Positions 20,473 to 29,997 are shown, counted from the stretch's first letter. The stretch: DNA of 64,000 nt from Flavobacteriales bacterium (GCA_002717515.1 PBEC01000018.1:198630-262629), one strand, 5' to 3'. The notes: a model not told the origin generated them from the letters alone. Program-made: numbers and translations.

Positions 20473-21600
20473 GTGGTACAGAATGTATCTATGGTTTATA
20501 AATTAATACAGTTTATATTAAGGATTTATCTTCCTGTTGTATTTAAGAGGCTTGAGTTTAGGGGGTTGGAGAATGTCCCTCAAGATAAACCAGTAATATT
20601 TGCTGTTAATCATCAAAATGCTTTTTTAGATGGGATTTTGGTAGCTTTAAAATTACGTCGTCCTGTTTTCTTTTTAACCCGGTCAGATGTTTTTAAAGGT
20701 AGGTGGGTTGTTAAAATTTTTAAAATACTTAATCTTGTTCCCATTTTTAGAAGGCAAGATGGAGCTGGAGACATAAAAACAAAAAATCGTGAAACATTCA
20801 AGTATTGTATCAAAGAGCTTGAAAAAAAGAAACCGATTTTAATCTTTCCAGAGGGTGAAAGCGAACCTATTCACCATCTTTTTGATTTGAAAAAAGGAGT
20901 TGCTCGTTTGGCCTTTGAGGCAGAGGCCAAAAATAATTTTAAACTTGGCTTGCATGTTGTCCCAGTAGTAATCAACTACGAAAATCATTTCGTTCCAGGT
21001 AAAAAAGTTTTTGTTAATTACCTTAAGCCAATTTTGATTTCTGAATACAAAAATTTATATGTTGAGAATCAAGTCCGTTCGATGTCTATTTTTTTAAAAA
21101 AATTACAGCAAGCGATGAGAGAGAGTGTAATCCATATTTCTGGTGATTATGTTAAATTTAAAAGGAGATATTGGAGAGGAATCATAAGACAATCTAGAAA
21201 TGATAAAGAAATTATAGCAGCAATTAAGTCGATACCTCAAGATTCAACTCAATTTTCAAAAGAAGGCTATAAATGGCATCGAGAAAAATACAGATACAAT
21301 AAACCAAGACCACTATTAAGTCGGGTTTTTTATTCTTTTATTTGTTTGCCTGGATTTTTCTTATTTCTTCCCACAATTTTCATCACAAAATTAATTTTAG
21401 CAAAAGTTAAAGATGAGTCCTTTTACCTTTCAATCACCGTTTTAAGTTGGTTGTTTTTTGGTTTGATACAAATTGCAATAATGGCTATTTACATATGGAA
21501 CTACACGGATTGGGATATTTTTGTTAGCTCCTTACTTGTAATTTTCACCTTAGGTTATATTACGATACGTAATTTTTATAAGCCAATAAAGTCCAGATAA
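20473..21600 (+). CDS. lysophospholipid / 1-acyl-sn-glycerol-3-phosphate acyltransferase family protein (PlsC-like) with C-terminal membrane anchor
   Basis: HX4D acyltransferase motif (VNHQNAFLDG), FPEGE motif. Two C-terminal TM helices. Confidence 0.7.
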   Translation: MVQNVSMVYKLIQFILRIYLPVVFKRLEFRGLENVPQDKPVIFAVNHQNAFLDGILVALKLRRPVFFLTRSDVFKGRWVVKIFKILNLVPIFRRQDGAGDIKTKNRETFKYCIKELEKKKPILIFPEGESEPIHHLFDLKKGVARLAFEAEAKNNFKLGLHVVPVVINYENHFVPGKKVFVNYLKPILISEYKNLYVENQVRSMSIFLKKLQQAMRESVIHISGDYVKFKRRYWRGIIRQSRNDKEIIAAIKSIPQDSTQFSKEGYKWHREKYRYNKPRPLLSRVFYSFICLPGFFLFLPTIFITKLILAKVKDESFYLSITVLSWLFFGLIQIAIMAIYIWNYTDWDIFVSSLLVIFTLGYITIRNFYKPIKSR

Positions 21601-21602
21601 TA

Positions 21603-22337
21603 TCATATTGTTTTTTCTAATTCAGGAGCTTGTGAATTAATATAATTTGTAAACTTCCATATTTCTATGATTTCCTCAACGTTTACTTCATATGGTTCAT
21701 AAAAAGTGTTAGTAGAGCAAAGAAGAAACGTTTTATTTTTCTTAAGTTGATTGTATAAAATTTTAAAGACAATACCTTCGTCTTTAGTAATAACAATATA
21801 GGGGTAGCCGTTTTTAATATAGTTCCAATTTTGAACGAATTCTCCTGTTACGAAACTTCCATCTGAAACGGGAGGCATAGAATCACCAGATATAGGGAAA
21901 GTTCTGTATTTGCGGTCTTTTGCCAAAAAAGGAAGTTGAAAAGTAGGTAGTACTTTAATGTATTCGGGGTCATAGAGCCCTTGAGTGTAACCAGCTTGTG
22001 CTTTTACAGGAACCAGCTCAATATTTTCCTCGTCCTGATGATTAACGGTTGTTGTCAATACCCTTAGTTTTCTTCCGCTTACGTCGACATTAAACCCATT
22101 TTCGAGGTTGGTAAGTCTTAATTCTGAAAATTCATGTAAATCTTCTTTTAAAAACACATCGATAGGAAGACTAAAATATTTTGATATTTTCATAAGTGTA
22201 TCGAAGTTTGGCTCGGCGGCTTCGTTTTCATATGCACTCCAAGTGGAACGAGTTATTTGAAGTGTATTGGACACGTCTGCTTGGGATCGAGAACGTCTTT
22301 TTCTTAGTAATTTTAAATTTCTTCCGAAATAACTCAT
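21603..22337 (-). CDS. LexA-like repressor (XRE-family HTH + S24 peptidase domain). The probable ATG start is at 22337; the ORF-track start at 22343 is a TTG.
   Basis: N-terminal HTH (LKLLRKRRSRSQADVSNTLQITRSTWSAYE). C-terminal S24 catalytic Ser in ISGDSMPP and downstream Lys. Confidence 0.65.
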   Translation of the reverse strand: MSYFGRNLKLLRKRRSRSQADVSNTLQITRSTWSAYENEAAEPNFDTLMKISKYFSLPIDVFLKEDLHEFSELRLTNLENGFNVDVSGRKLRVLTTTVNHQDEENIELVPVKAQAGYTQGLYDPEYIKVLPTFQLPFLAKDRKYRTFPISGDSMPPVSDGSFVTGEFVQNWNYIKNGYPYIVITKDEGIVFKILYNQLKKNKTFLLCSTNTFYEPYEVNVEEIIEIWKFTNYINSQAPELEKTI

Positions 22338-22354
22338 TGACAATTTTTTTGTCA
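22338..22354 (-). promoter_or_regulatory. palindromic candidate operator TGACA-N7-TGTCA abutting the start codon of the LexA-like gene
   Basis: Perfect 5-bp inverted repeat with a 7-nt A/T spacer directly 5' of the ATG. Seen in the sequence. Function inferred. Confidence 0.35.
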
Positions 22355-22434
22355 GAAGATAAAAAGGATTTTAAGTATTTGCAAATGTTGGACCTCGAAA
22401 TTAATTAATAACACTCATGGGTAATTAAAAAAAA

Positions 22435-25400
22435 TTATGAAACAGTATCATTCAATTTTTTTAAGGTTTCAAAAGCTTCCTCTATTGATGATATTTTATT
22501 AAATGTAATTGTTAACTTTCCTTTGATTTCCTTCATTTTACATGTTGTTAAATTCTTTTGAACAAACAATAAAATCTTCCCAAATTTTTCCGTTTGAAAA
22601 TAATTGCTCTCAGGATTTGAAATGAAATAGCCTCTGAGTATTCTGTTTTTTAAATACAGTTTTTCAAAACCAATTTTTTGAGCTAACCATTTTAAACGCA
22701 TTATCGATATTAGTTCTTGAGTTTGATGTGGTAATTCGCCAAAACGATCTCTTAAATTCTTTGAAAAGATTTGAAGGTCTTCTTCTGTTTTTAAGTCGTT
22801 GAGTTGTTTATAAAGTCGTAATCTTTCATCGACAGCATTCACGTAGGTTGTAGGCATTAAAATTTCCATATCGGTTTCTATGACACAATCCTTAACAAAA
22901 ATTCGATTTTCCTCTTTAAGTTCTTCTGCGTATAATTCTTTGAATTCTCCCTCCTTTAATTCTTGAATCGCCTCATCAAGTATTTTTTGATAGGTGTCAT
23001 AGCCTATATCGGAGATAAAACCGGATTGCTCTGCTCCAAGCATATCTCCTGCTCCTCTAATATCCAGATCTCTCATTGCAATATTAAATCCACTACCCAA
23101 ATCTCCAAATTCTTCAAGAGCTCTTAAGCGTTTTCTCGCTTCTGGTGTTAGAGTACTTTGTGGAGGGGCTACTAAATAACAAAATGCCTTTTTGTTTGAT
23201 CGTCCAACCCTTCCTCTCATTTGATGCAAATCACTCAATCCGAAGTTTTGAGCTTGATTAATTATGATGGTATTTGCATTCGGAATATCTAATCCTGATT
23301 CAATAATAGTTGTAGCTACCAATACGTCAAAGTCACCATGCATAAAATCCATCATTATTGATTCTAATTTTTTTCCGTCCATTTGTCCATGACCGACTCG
23401 GATTTTTGCATTGGGAACCAATCTTTGAATAGTTCCTGCAACCTCTTTGATATTCTCGACACGATTATGTATAAAGTAAACTTGACCATTTCTTGCTAAC
23501 TCATAGGATACAGCATCTCTTAAAACTTCTTCATTAAACCCGGTAACGGAAGTTTCCACTGGATAGCGATTAGGGGGGGGGGTATTGATTACGCTTAAGT
23601 CTCTTGCACCGAGAAGTGAGAACTGAAGTGTTCTTGGTATTGGAGTAGCTGTTAAAGTAAGAGTGTCTAAATTAGCCTTTAGAGTTTTGAGTTTGTCTTT
23701 TACCGATACTCCAAACTTTTGTTCTTCGTCAATAATTAATAGTCCTAAGTCATTATATTTAACATCTTTCCCTGCTAATCTGTGTGTTCCAATAATAATG
23801 TCAATTTTTCCTTCTTCTAATTTTTTTAAGGTATCCTTTTGTTGTTTTGTGCTTCTGAAACGATTGATGTAATCTACAGTGACGGGATAATCTTTTAATC
23901 GTTTTGAAAAGGTTTGATGGTGTTGAAATGCCAATATTGTAGTTGGAACCAAAACAGCGACTTGTTTTCCATCAACGGCGGCTTTAAAAGCGGCTCTGAC
24001 AGCAATTTCTGTCTTTCCAAAACCAACATCCCCACAAATTAATCGGTCCATAGGGAAGGGTTTCTCCATATCTCTTTTAACGGCAGCTGTTGAGGTTACT
24101 TGATCGGGAGTGTCTTCGAAAATAAAAGATGCTTCAAGTTCTGTTTGCATATAAGAGTCTTCGCTGTAGGAAAAACCTGTTGTAGCTTTTCTTTTGGCGT
24201 AAAGCTTAATTAGATCGTAAGCTATTTTTTTAACTTTCTTTTTTGTATTCGCCTTTTTTGTTTTCCAAGTAGAAGTTCCAAGCTTATTCAACAATGGAAT
24301 CTTACCCTCTTTTCCTGAATATTTCGCTATTCGATGAAGAGATTGGATTCCCACATATAGTACGTCTTTATCCTTGTATAGTAATCGAATAGATTCTGTT
24401 TTTTTTTCGCCTTGATTAATGATTTCTAAACCGTCAAACACTCCAATTCCATAATCAATATGGGTAACATAGTCTCCTTTCTGAAGTCCGGTTAGTTCTT
24501 TTATTGTCAAAGATTGATTGCTCTTTTTTAAAGAGTCCTTAATTCTAAATCGATGGTAGCGATCGAAAATCTGATGGTCCGTGTAAACGACCGTTTTTGT
24601 TGTTTGATCGATAAAACCTTCATGTAGTGTGAAATAACGAGGGGAAAACTTTATATTTTTACCAATTAATTGGCCTTCTAATTCGTAATCGTCTAGAATT
24701 TTTCTGATTCGGTCAATTTGTTTTGTGTTGTCGCTGATGATATTAATTTCGTATTTTTCGGCTGCCTTTTGTTTTAAATCTTCAATCAAAAGTTGAAAAT
24801 TTTTGTTGAAGTTAGGTTGCCTCATTACGTCAAATTCTAAAACCTCAGAATTTTTATAAAAGTCTTTGCCTCCAAATTCAATAACTTTACTTTTTTCCAG
24901 ACTTTTTATAAGTCCGTTTTTGTTAATGTATAATTCGTTTGGAGGGAGTTGTAATGTATTCTTTTTTATTTTACACCAAGCATCAATAGTTTTTTGATAA
25001 TTATCTTCAACCTTATCCAGTGTAAACTGGACGTCTCTAATCCATATTACAGAGGAGGGACCAATATATTCTATGAGTGATATTTTCTCCTCTTGTACTA
25101 CTATTTCTTTGATGTTTGGTACAATAGTTATATTGTTGTAGGATGCTTTTGAAAGTTGATCGGCAGGATCGAATGAGCGTATGCTATCGATTTCATCGCC
25201 GAAGAAATCTATTCTAAAAGGTTTATCGTAGGAGTATGACCAAACGTCCATTAAGCCACCGCGAACTGCAAATTGTCCGGGTTCAATTACAAATTGTTCT
25301 CTCGAAAATTCGTATTCAAAGAGTACTTCAATTAAAAAGTCCATTGACAGGGTGTCACCAACTTTAATGGTGTGACTGTTTTTTGAGAGTTCTTTTTTTG

Positions 25401-25794
25401 TGATTATTTTTTCATGTAATGCTTCAGGATAAGATATAATGAGCTTTTTCTTATTGTTATTTAGTTCAGAAAGCACTTCAGCTCTCTGCACAATGTTTGC
25501 GTTTTGAGTTCGACTTGCTTGATAAGGTTGAGTTGATGAAGATGGATAATAAAGAGCTTTAGTTTCTCCTAAAAGATTTTGAATATCATTATAAATGTAT
25601 GCAGCGTCTTCTTTATCGTTAGCTATAATTAACTGACAAATTGCATTTTTGGCTTGCATGGAGGCCAGCAAAACGTTTAGGAATGAACCTTTATTTTCTT
25701 TTAAGACTAATTTTTCGTTTGTAATGAAGGAATCTTGTAAGACAGAAAACAGAGGATGTTTTTCAAATGTTACTAACCATTCTTTAGAGTTCAT
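22435..25794 (-). CDS. mfd: transcription-repair coupling factor
   Basis: 1119 aa. UvrB-homology N-terminus, RNAP-interaction domain, and superfamily-2 helicase motifs (GDVGFGKTE, DEEQKFG, TATPIPRTL, QMRGRVGRS). Confidence 0.95.
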   Translation of the reverse strand: MNSKEWLVTFEKHPLFSVLQDSFITNEKLVLKENKGSFLNVLLASMQAKNAICQLIIANDKEDAAYIYNDIQNLLGETKALYYPSSSTQPYQASRTQNANIVQRAEVLSELNNNKKKLIISYPEALHEKIITKKELSKNSHTIKVGDTLSMDFLIEVLFEYEFSREQFVIEPGQFAVRGGLMDVWSYSYDKPFRIDFFGDEIDSIRSFDPADQLSKASYNNITIVPNIKEIVVQEEKISLIEYIGPSSVIWIRDVQFTLDKVEDNYQKTIDAWCKIKKNTLQLPPNELYINKNGLIKSLEKSKVIEFGGKDFYKNSEVLEFDVMRQPNFNKNFQLLIEDLKQKAAEKYEINIISDNTKQIDRIRKILDDYELEGQLIGKNIKFSPRYFTLHEGFIDQTTKTVVYTDHQIFDRYHRFRIKDSLKKSNQSLTIKELTGLQKGDYVTHIDYGIGVFDGLEIINQGEKKTESIRLLYKDKDVLYVGIQSLHRIAKYSGKEGKIPLLNKLGTSTWKTKKANTKKKVKKIAYDLIKLYAKRKATTGFSYSEDSYMQTELEASFIFEDTPDQVTSTAAVKRDMEKPFPMDRLICGDVGFGKTEIAVRAAFKAAVDGKQVAVLVPTTILAFQHHQTFSKRLKDYPVTVDYINRFRSTKQQKDTLKKLEEGKIDIIIGTHRLAGKDVKYNDLGLLIIDEEQKFGVSVKDKLKTLKANLDTLTLTATPIPRTLQFSLLGARDLSVINTPPPNRYPVETSVTGFNEEVLRDAVSYELARNGQVYFIHNRVENIKEVAGTIQRLVPNAKIRVGHGQMDGKKLESIMMDFMHGDFDVLVATTIIESGLDIPNANTIIINQAQNFGLSDLHQMRGRVGRSNKKAFCYLVAPPQSTLTPEARKRLRALEEFGDLGSGFNIAMRDLDIRGAGDMLGAEQSGFISDIGYDTYQKILDEAIQELKEGEFKELYAEELKEENRIFVKDCVIETDMEILMPTTYVNAVDERLRLYKQLNDLKTEEDLQIFSKNLRDRFGELPHQTQELISIMRLKWLAQKIGFEKLYLKNRILRGYFISNPESNYFQTEKFGKILLFVQKNLTTCKMKEIKGKLTITFNKISSIEEAFETLKKLNDTVS

Positions 25795-26022
25795 GCAACA
25801 AAATTACTTAAATTGAAAAGAATGTTGTTGTTGGAAACAAAACATTTAAATGAATCGTTGGTAAAGTTAAGTATGACTCGTATTTAATCCAGAAAAGAGC
25901 TTATTTGGTAGTTATTTAACGATTTTTGTTTATTATTCATTCAAAAAAATTTTGATGCTATTCCAAAAAGTATATTTTTGCGGAAAATTGGACATTATTT
26001 TACATTTAAAATTTTTATAAAT

Positions 26023-26244
26023 ATGTATTGGACGTTAGAGCTAGCAAATTACTTAACTGATGCACCTTGGCCTGCTACTAAGGATGAGTTAATTGATTAT
26101 GCCATGAGATCTGGGGCTCCATTAGAGGTTACCGAAAACTTACAGGAGCTGGAGGAGGAAGTTGAGTCATTTGAAAGCATAGAAGAAATTTGGCCAGACT
26201 TCCCGACGAAAGAAGATTTTCTTTTTAATGAAGATGAATACTAA
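26023..26244 (+). CDS. small acidic DUF2795-like protein. The likely start is the internal Met of MYWTLELANYL.
   Basis: LELANYLTDAPWPATKDELIDYA motif typical of DUF2795. Acidic C-terminal tail. Confidence 0.45.
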   Translation: MYWTLELANYLTDAPWPATKDELIDYAMRSGAPLEVTENLQELEEEVESFESIEEIWPDFPTKEDFLFNEDEY

Positions 26245-26254
26245 AGGTCTTTTA

Positions 26255-26280
26255 ATCCCGCTCTAAAGCGGGATTTTTTA
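26255..26280. terminator. bidirectional Rho-independent terminator between convergent genes
   Basis: TCCCGCT-CTAA-AGCGGGA stem-loop followed by TTTTTT. A-rich 5' flank serves the minus-strand gene. Confidence 0.65.
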
Positions 26281-27201
26281 TGCTCTAATCCATTCTAGAC
26301 ATAAGTTACCTTCTTCTACTTGCATTTCAAGCGTTTTTCCAAAAATTAAAGCTCTGTTGTCATTTATGTGTCCGGCTGGAAAATTGCTAAATATAGGGAT
26401 GTTTAGGTCTTTACAAAGGTCAAATATAATCTCTTCAGAATTTTTACCAAATGGGGTGTTGCTATCTTTCATTTCGGTAAAACTCCCAATAATTAATCCT
26501 GATAAGTTTTTAAAGTATCCATTTCGTTTTAAGTTGTAAATCATTCTATCAACGTGATACATGTATTCGGATAAGTCTTCTATAAAAAGGATTTTACCAT
26601 CTGTTTTAACTGAAGATATCGATCCGCAAAGACTATACAGAATAGAAAGGTTTCCGCCAATCAGCTGACCTCTTGCTTTTCCATTTTTGCACAGTTCTTT
26701 GGTTTTAGATTGAATTTGGTAGTTTAAGGTCCCTTTCATAAGGAGTTTCTTCAGTGAACTCAAAGATTTCGGAGTGTTTTTCTTAAAGAAAACCGGCATT
26801 GTTGCATGAATTGTGGGGATATTAAAGTTCGCATTGATGTGTGAGTGAAATACAGTAATATCGCTAAATCCAATTAACCATTTTGGTGATTTTAAAAATG
26901 AAGAAAAATTAATTTCGTCAATAATTCGAACGCAGCCATATCCCCCTCTCGCTGAAATAATTGCTTTTATTTCTTGATTGTCTAACATTTTTTGGATGTC
27001 AGCTCTTCGCTGTTCATCATCACCACTGAATTGATTGAGCTCGGAACCAATAGTGTTTCCAATTACAACATCCAGTCCCCAATTTTGAAAAATTTTAACA
27101 GCGGGCTGAATTTCTTCAATCGTAATTTTTTTTGCAAAAGCAACAATTCCAATTTTGTCGCCAGGGGTTAAAAAATCAGGAGTCATGAAATAAATATACA
27201 A
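26278..27201 (-). CDS. LD-carboxypeptidase (peptidase S66 family, LdcA/MccF-like)
   Basis: 307 aa. N-terminal GDKIGIVAFA substrate-domain start. GFSDITV nucleophile-elbow-like motif. Overall S66 architecture. Confidence 0.65.
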   Translation of the reverse strand: MYIYFMTPDFLTPGDKIGIVAFAKKITIEEIQPAVKIFQNWGLDVVIGNTIGSELNQFSGDDEQRRADIQKMLDNQEIKAIISARGGYGCVRIIDEINFSSFLKSPKWLIGFSDITVFHSHINANFNIPTIHATMPVFFKKNTPKSLSSLKKLLMKGTLNYQIQSKTKELCKNGKARGQLIGGNLSILYSLCGSISSVKTDGKILFIEDLSEYMYHVDRMIYNLKRNGYFKNLSGLIIGSFTEMKDSNTPFGKNSEEIIFDLCKDLNIPIFSNFPAGHINDNRALIFGKTLEMQVEEGNLCLEWIRA

Positions 27202-27313
27202 AACGTAATTTTGTGAATGGAGTTAAATTTATGTTTAGATTATTGAAGCATCTATATTTGATGTTCTTTTTTTGGAACTAATAAACTTTTTGAATTTTAT
27301 TATTCTTTAACGA

Positions 27314-27784
27314 TTATTTTAGTTGTTTTATGAGGTACTCATAGGCAGATTGAAGCTCTTTTTTATTAAAAGTCTTACCTATTCTAATTACCCTTTTTTT
27401 AGTTTGAACAGCAATCATAGCTTTTTTGTAGGCCTTAGTATCTGATTGTACTTGATCAAATGCAGCGAAGGGCATAAAAGCACTAGATCGTTCAGTTTTA
27501 TTTACAAAACCCTGTTGAATTACTTTAAGTTTTAAAACGTTTTTTTTATGAAATTTAAAATTGTCAGTAAGAAGTCTTTTTCTTTCTTTAATTTGGATGA
27601 TATCATTTTCAATACTTAAAGTTGTTGAGTCCATTAACGTCCAAAGAGCAAAAAGTACAAAAAAAGGCAGAAAAAATATTGCGATTAGAATCCATCCTGG
27701 ATTAATAAAGCATAAAGTTAGTAATGTTATAGTTGCAGCACATGAAATAAATTTAGTTGCTACTGCGTAGTGATAAATTTTCAT
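27314..27784 (-). CDS. hypothetical membrane protein (two N-terminal TM helices plus soluble domain), coupled to engB
   Basis: Hydrophobic N-terminus (ATITLLTLCFINPGWILIAIFFLPFFVLFALW). No catalytic motifs. Confidence 0.4.
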   Translation of the reverse strand: MKIYHYAVATKFISCAATITLLTLCFINPGWILIAIFFLPFFVLFALWTLMDSTTLSIENDIIQIKERKRLLTDNFKFHKKNVLKLKVIQQGFVNKTERSSAFMPFAAFDQVQSDTKAYKKAMIAVQTKKRVIRIGKTFNKKELQSAYEYLIKQLK

Positions 27785-27785
27785 T

Positions 27786-28388
27786 TTATTTTTTAAAGAG
27801 GGGGTTTATATTCTCTATATAATCCAAGATCTTTTCTTTTCCCAATTTCTTTTCAGAAGACGTGATAAAGTATGGAGGTAATTCCTCCCAATATTTGTAA
27901 AGCTCTTTCTCGTATGTCTTCACATTAAGGCTGAGTTCTTTTTGCTTTAGTTTATCTGTTTTAGTGAAAATTATTGAGAACGGAACTCCATTTTCTCCAA
28001 GGAAAATCATGAAATCAATATCTATTTTTTGAGGTTTTAATCTAGAGTCGATTAAGACAAAAGTATTTAGTAGGTTTTTACGATTAAGAATATAGCCTTT
28101 TATCATTTTACTCCATTCTTCTCTGGATTTTTTACTGACTTTAGCGTAGCCATAACCGGGTAAGTCACACAAATACCATTTTTCATTGATTAAAAAGTGA
28201 TTAATTAGCTGTGTTTTTCCAGGAGTAGAAGATGTTTTAGCTAGTCCTTTTTTTTCACAAAGTGTATTTATTAAGGAGCTTTTTCCCACATTAGACCTAC
28301 CAATAAAAGCATACTCAGGAAAATTGGGGGCTGGGCATTCTTTCCAGTGCGGTTTGCTAATTATGAATTTTGAAGACGTGATTTTCAT
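27786..28388 (-). CDS. engB: ribosome biogenesis GTP-binding protein YsxC/EngB
   Basis: G1 [13 protein letters not shown]3 DLPGYG, G4 TKTDK. 200 aa. Confidence 0.85.
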   Translation of the reverse strand: MKITSSKFIISKPHWKECPAPNFPEYAFIGRSNVGKSSLINTLCEKKGLAKTSSTPGKTQLINHFLINEKWYLCDLPGYGYAKVSKKSREEWSKMIKGYILNRKNLLNTFVLIDSRLKPQKIDIDFMIFLGENGVPFSIIFTKTDKLKQKELSLNVKTYEKELYKYWEELPPYFITSSEKKLGKEKILDYIENINPLFKK

Positions 28389-28432
28389 GCCTTGAAGTTG
28401 ATATTCAAAATACTGGCCAATTTAAAAGATAA

Positions 28433-29248
28433 TTAACTCTTTCTGACGTTTTCCAACCATGGAGTCAAGATAGTGTTGAATTCAATGGGGTGTTCCATCA
28501 TAGGGGCGTGACCGCATTTATCAATCCAGTATAAATCTGAATTTGGCATTAATCTATGGAAGTCTTCAGCAACTTCTGGAGGTGTAACTATGTCTTGTTT
28601 TCCCCAAATTAAGCATACTGGAATTTTAAAATTTGGCAAATCTTTTTCCATGTTATGTCGAATCGCACTCTTGGCAAGAGCGAGAATTTTAATCAATTTA
28701 CTTCTATCGCCGATAATGCCTAAAACTTCATCTACTAATTCATCAGTTGCTAATGCGGGATCGTAAAATGTTTTAGCTGTTTTTTCACGAATATATTCTT
28801 TGTCTCCTTTTCTCGGGTATTGATTTCCAAACGCATTTTCATATAATCCAGAAGAACCTGTGAGAACCATTGAGTGCACTTTTTCTGGCCAATTTGCATA
28901 GTATACCAAAGAAACATGACCTCCGAGAGAATTACCCAAAAGAGTAACGTTTTCGTACCCTTTGTGGTCGATGAACTTTTTAACAAATTTTGCTAAAGAT
29001 TTTACCCCGGTGGTTGCTATGGGCATATCATATAAAGGAAGCATTGGAATAACTACTTTGTAATTCCCTTTAAAATGCTCAAATAAATCTTTAAAGTTTG
29101 ATAGAGCTCCAAATAAACCGTGCAAAAGCACAATAACTTCTCCTTCTCCTTCTTCTAAATATTTAAACTTACCGTCTTCTTTGATTTTATAATCCATATT
29201 TCCGTCAGTCGATATGAACAAATATAGTAAAAGGGTTGTGGGGTTCAA
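28433..29248 (-). CDS. alpha/beta-fold hydrolase
   Basis: HGLFG oxyanion region, nucleophile elbow GNSLGG, and C-terminal His (CGHAPM). Confidence 0.75.
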   Translation of the reverse strand: MNPTTLLLYLFISTDGNMDYKIKEDGKFKYLEEGEGEVIVLLHGLFGALSNFKDLFEHFKGNYKVVIPMLPLYDMPIATTGVKSLAKFVKKFIDHKGYENVTLLGNSLGGHVSLVYYANWPEKVHSMVLTGSSGLYENAFGNQYPRKGDKEYIREKTAKTFYDPALATDELVDEVLGIIGDRSKLIKILALAKSAIRHNMEKDLPNFKIPVCLIWGKQDIVTPPEVAEDFHRLMPNSDLYWIDKCGHAPMMEHPIEFNTILTPWLENVRKS

Positions 29249-29476
29249 ATTGTAAAAGAGAAAAATATAAATTCTGTTGGTTTAAGTGTTTTATAGCTCT
29301 ATGTTTTTCATTCAAGAGTTTTAAACCGCTAATTAAGTGACATAACTTATTAACAAATAAATTCCTGCCCACTAATTCCCACGTATTAAGATTCTGCTCA
29401 AATAGCCGTAAAATATATTGTTTTTAGTTTATTTGAAACAAACTTTATGTATATTCGTTCTTAAGTTATCAACAAG

Positions 29477-29506
29477 GTGGTAAAAGGTGGTAAATCGTGG
29501 TGAAAA
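29477..29506 (+). promoter_or_regulatory. candidate MraZ operator: three tandem 10-bp direct repeats (GGTGGTAAAA / GGTGGTAAAT / CGTGGTGAAA) upstream of mraZ, followed by a TAcaTTTA -7-like box at 29513-29520
   Basis: Direct repeats with exact 10-bp periodicity and a GTGG core lie 33-62 nt upstream of the mraZ ATG. This resembles the spaced TGGGN direct-repeat MraZ operators known from E. coli, Bacillus and mollicutes. Confidence 0.5.
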
Positions 29507-29538
29507 ACTTCTTACATTTATAGTACCTGTAAAATGTT

Positions 29539-29997
29539 ATGACAAATTTGATTGGAGAATATGAGTGCAAGATTGACGCGAAGGGACGACTTTTGGTTCC
29601 TTCTGGGTTGAGGAAGCAATTTTCTCCAGAAGCTGAAGGAAAATTGTTTGTCAAGCGAGGTATAGAGAATTGTTTGGAGTTGTATCAAAAACATGATTGG
29701 GAATCTGTTTCTGAGAAAGTAAGTAGTCTGAACCAGTTTGTTAAAAAGAACAGGGTATTTGCCCGTAAGTTCATCAGTGGTGCAACGCAATTAGAATTAG
29801 ATAGTGTTGGGAGGATCAATCTCCCGAAAATTTTGTTGGATTATGCAGGTGTAAAAAAGACTTTGATTCTTTTTGCCTATGGCAACAAAATTGAGATTTG
29901 GGATAAAGCGGTGTACGATGCAGAGCTAGATATGAGTGATGATGATTTTGCTGGTCTTGCTGAGGAAGTTATGGGGGATTTTAACCTGGACGAGTAA
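29539..29997 (+). CDS. mraZ: division/cell wall cluster transcriptional regulator MraZ
   Basis: Duplicated DXXXR-type MraZ halves (EYECKIDAKGRLLVP and LELDSVGRINLP). 152 aa. First gene of the dcw cluster. Confidence 0.9.
   Translation: MTNLIGEYECKIDAKGRLLVPSGLRKQFSPEAEGKLFVKRGIENCLELYQKHDWESVSEKVSSLNQFVKKNRVFARKFISGATQLELDSVGRINLPKILLDYAGVKKTLILFAYGNKIEIWDKAVYDAELDMSDDDFAGLAEEVMGDFNLDE

Noticed and set aside
21603-22434. Possible prophage remnant around the CI/LexA-like repressor
   Set aside because: No integrase, terminase, capsid or tail genes, no att-like repeats, and no tRNA nearby. The flanking genes are housekeeping (acyltransferase, mfd).
29469-29790. Two minus-strand ORFs overlapping the mraZ leader and mraZ 5' end
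   Set aside because: They overlap the strongly supported mraZ gene and its regulatory region. No motifs.
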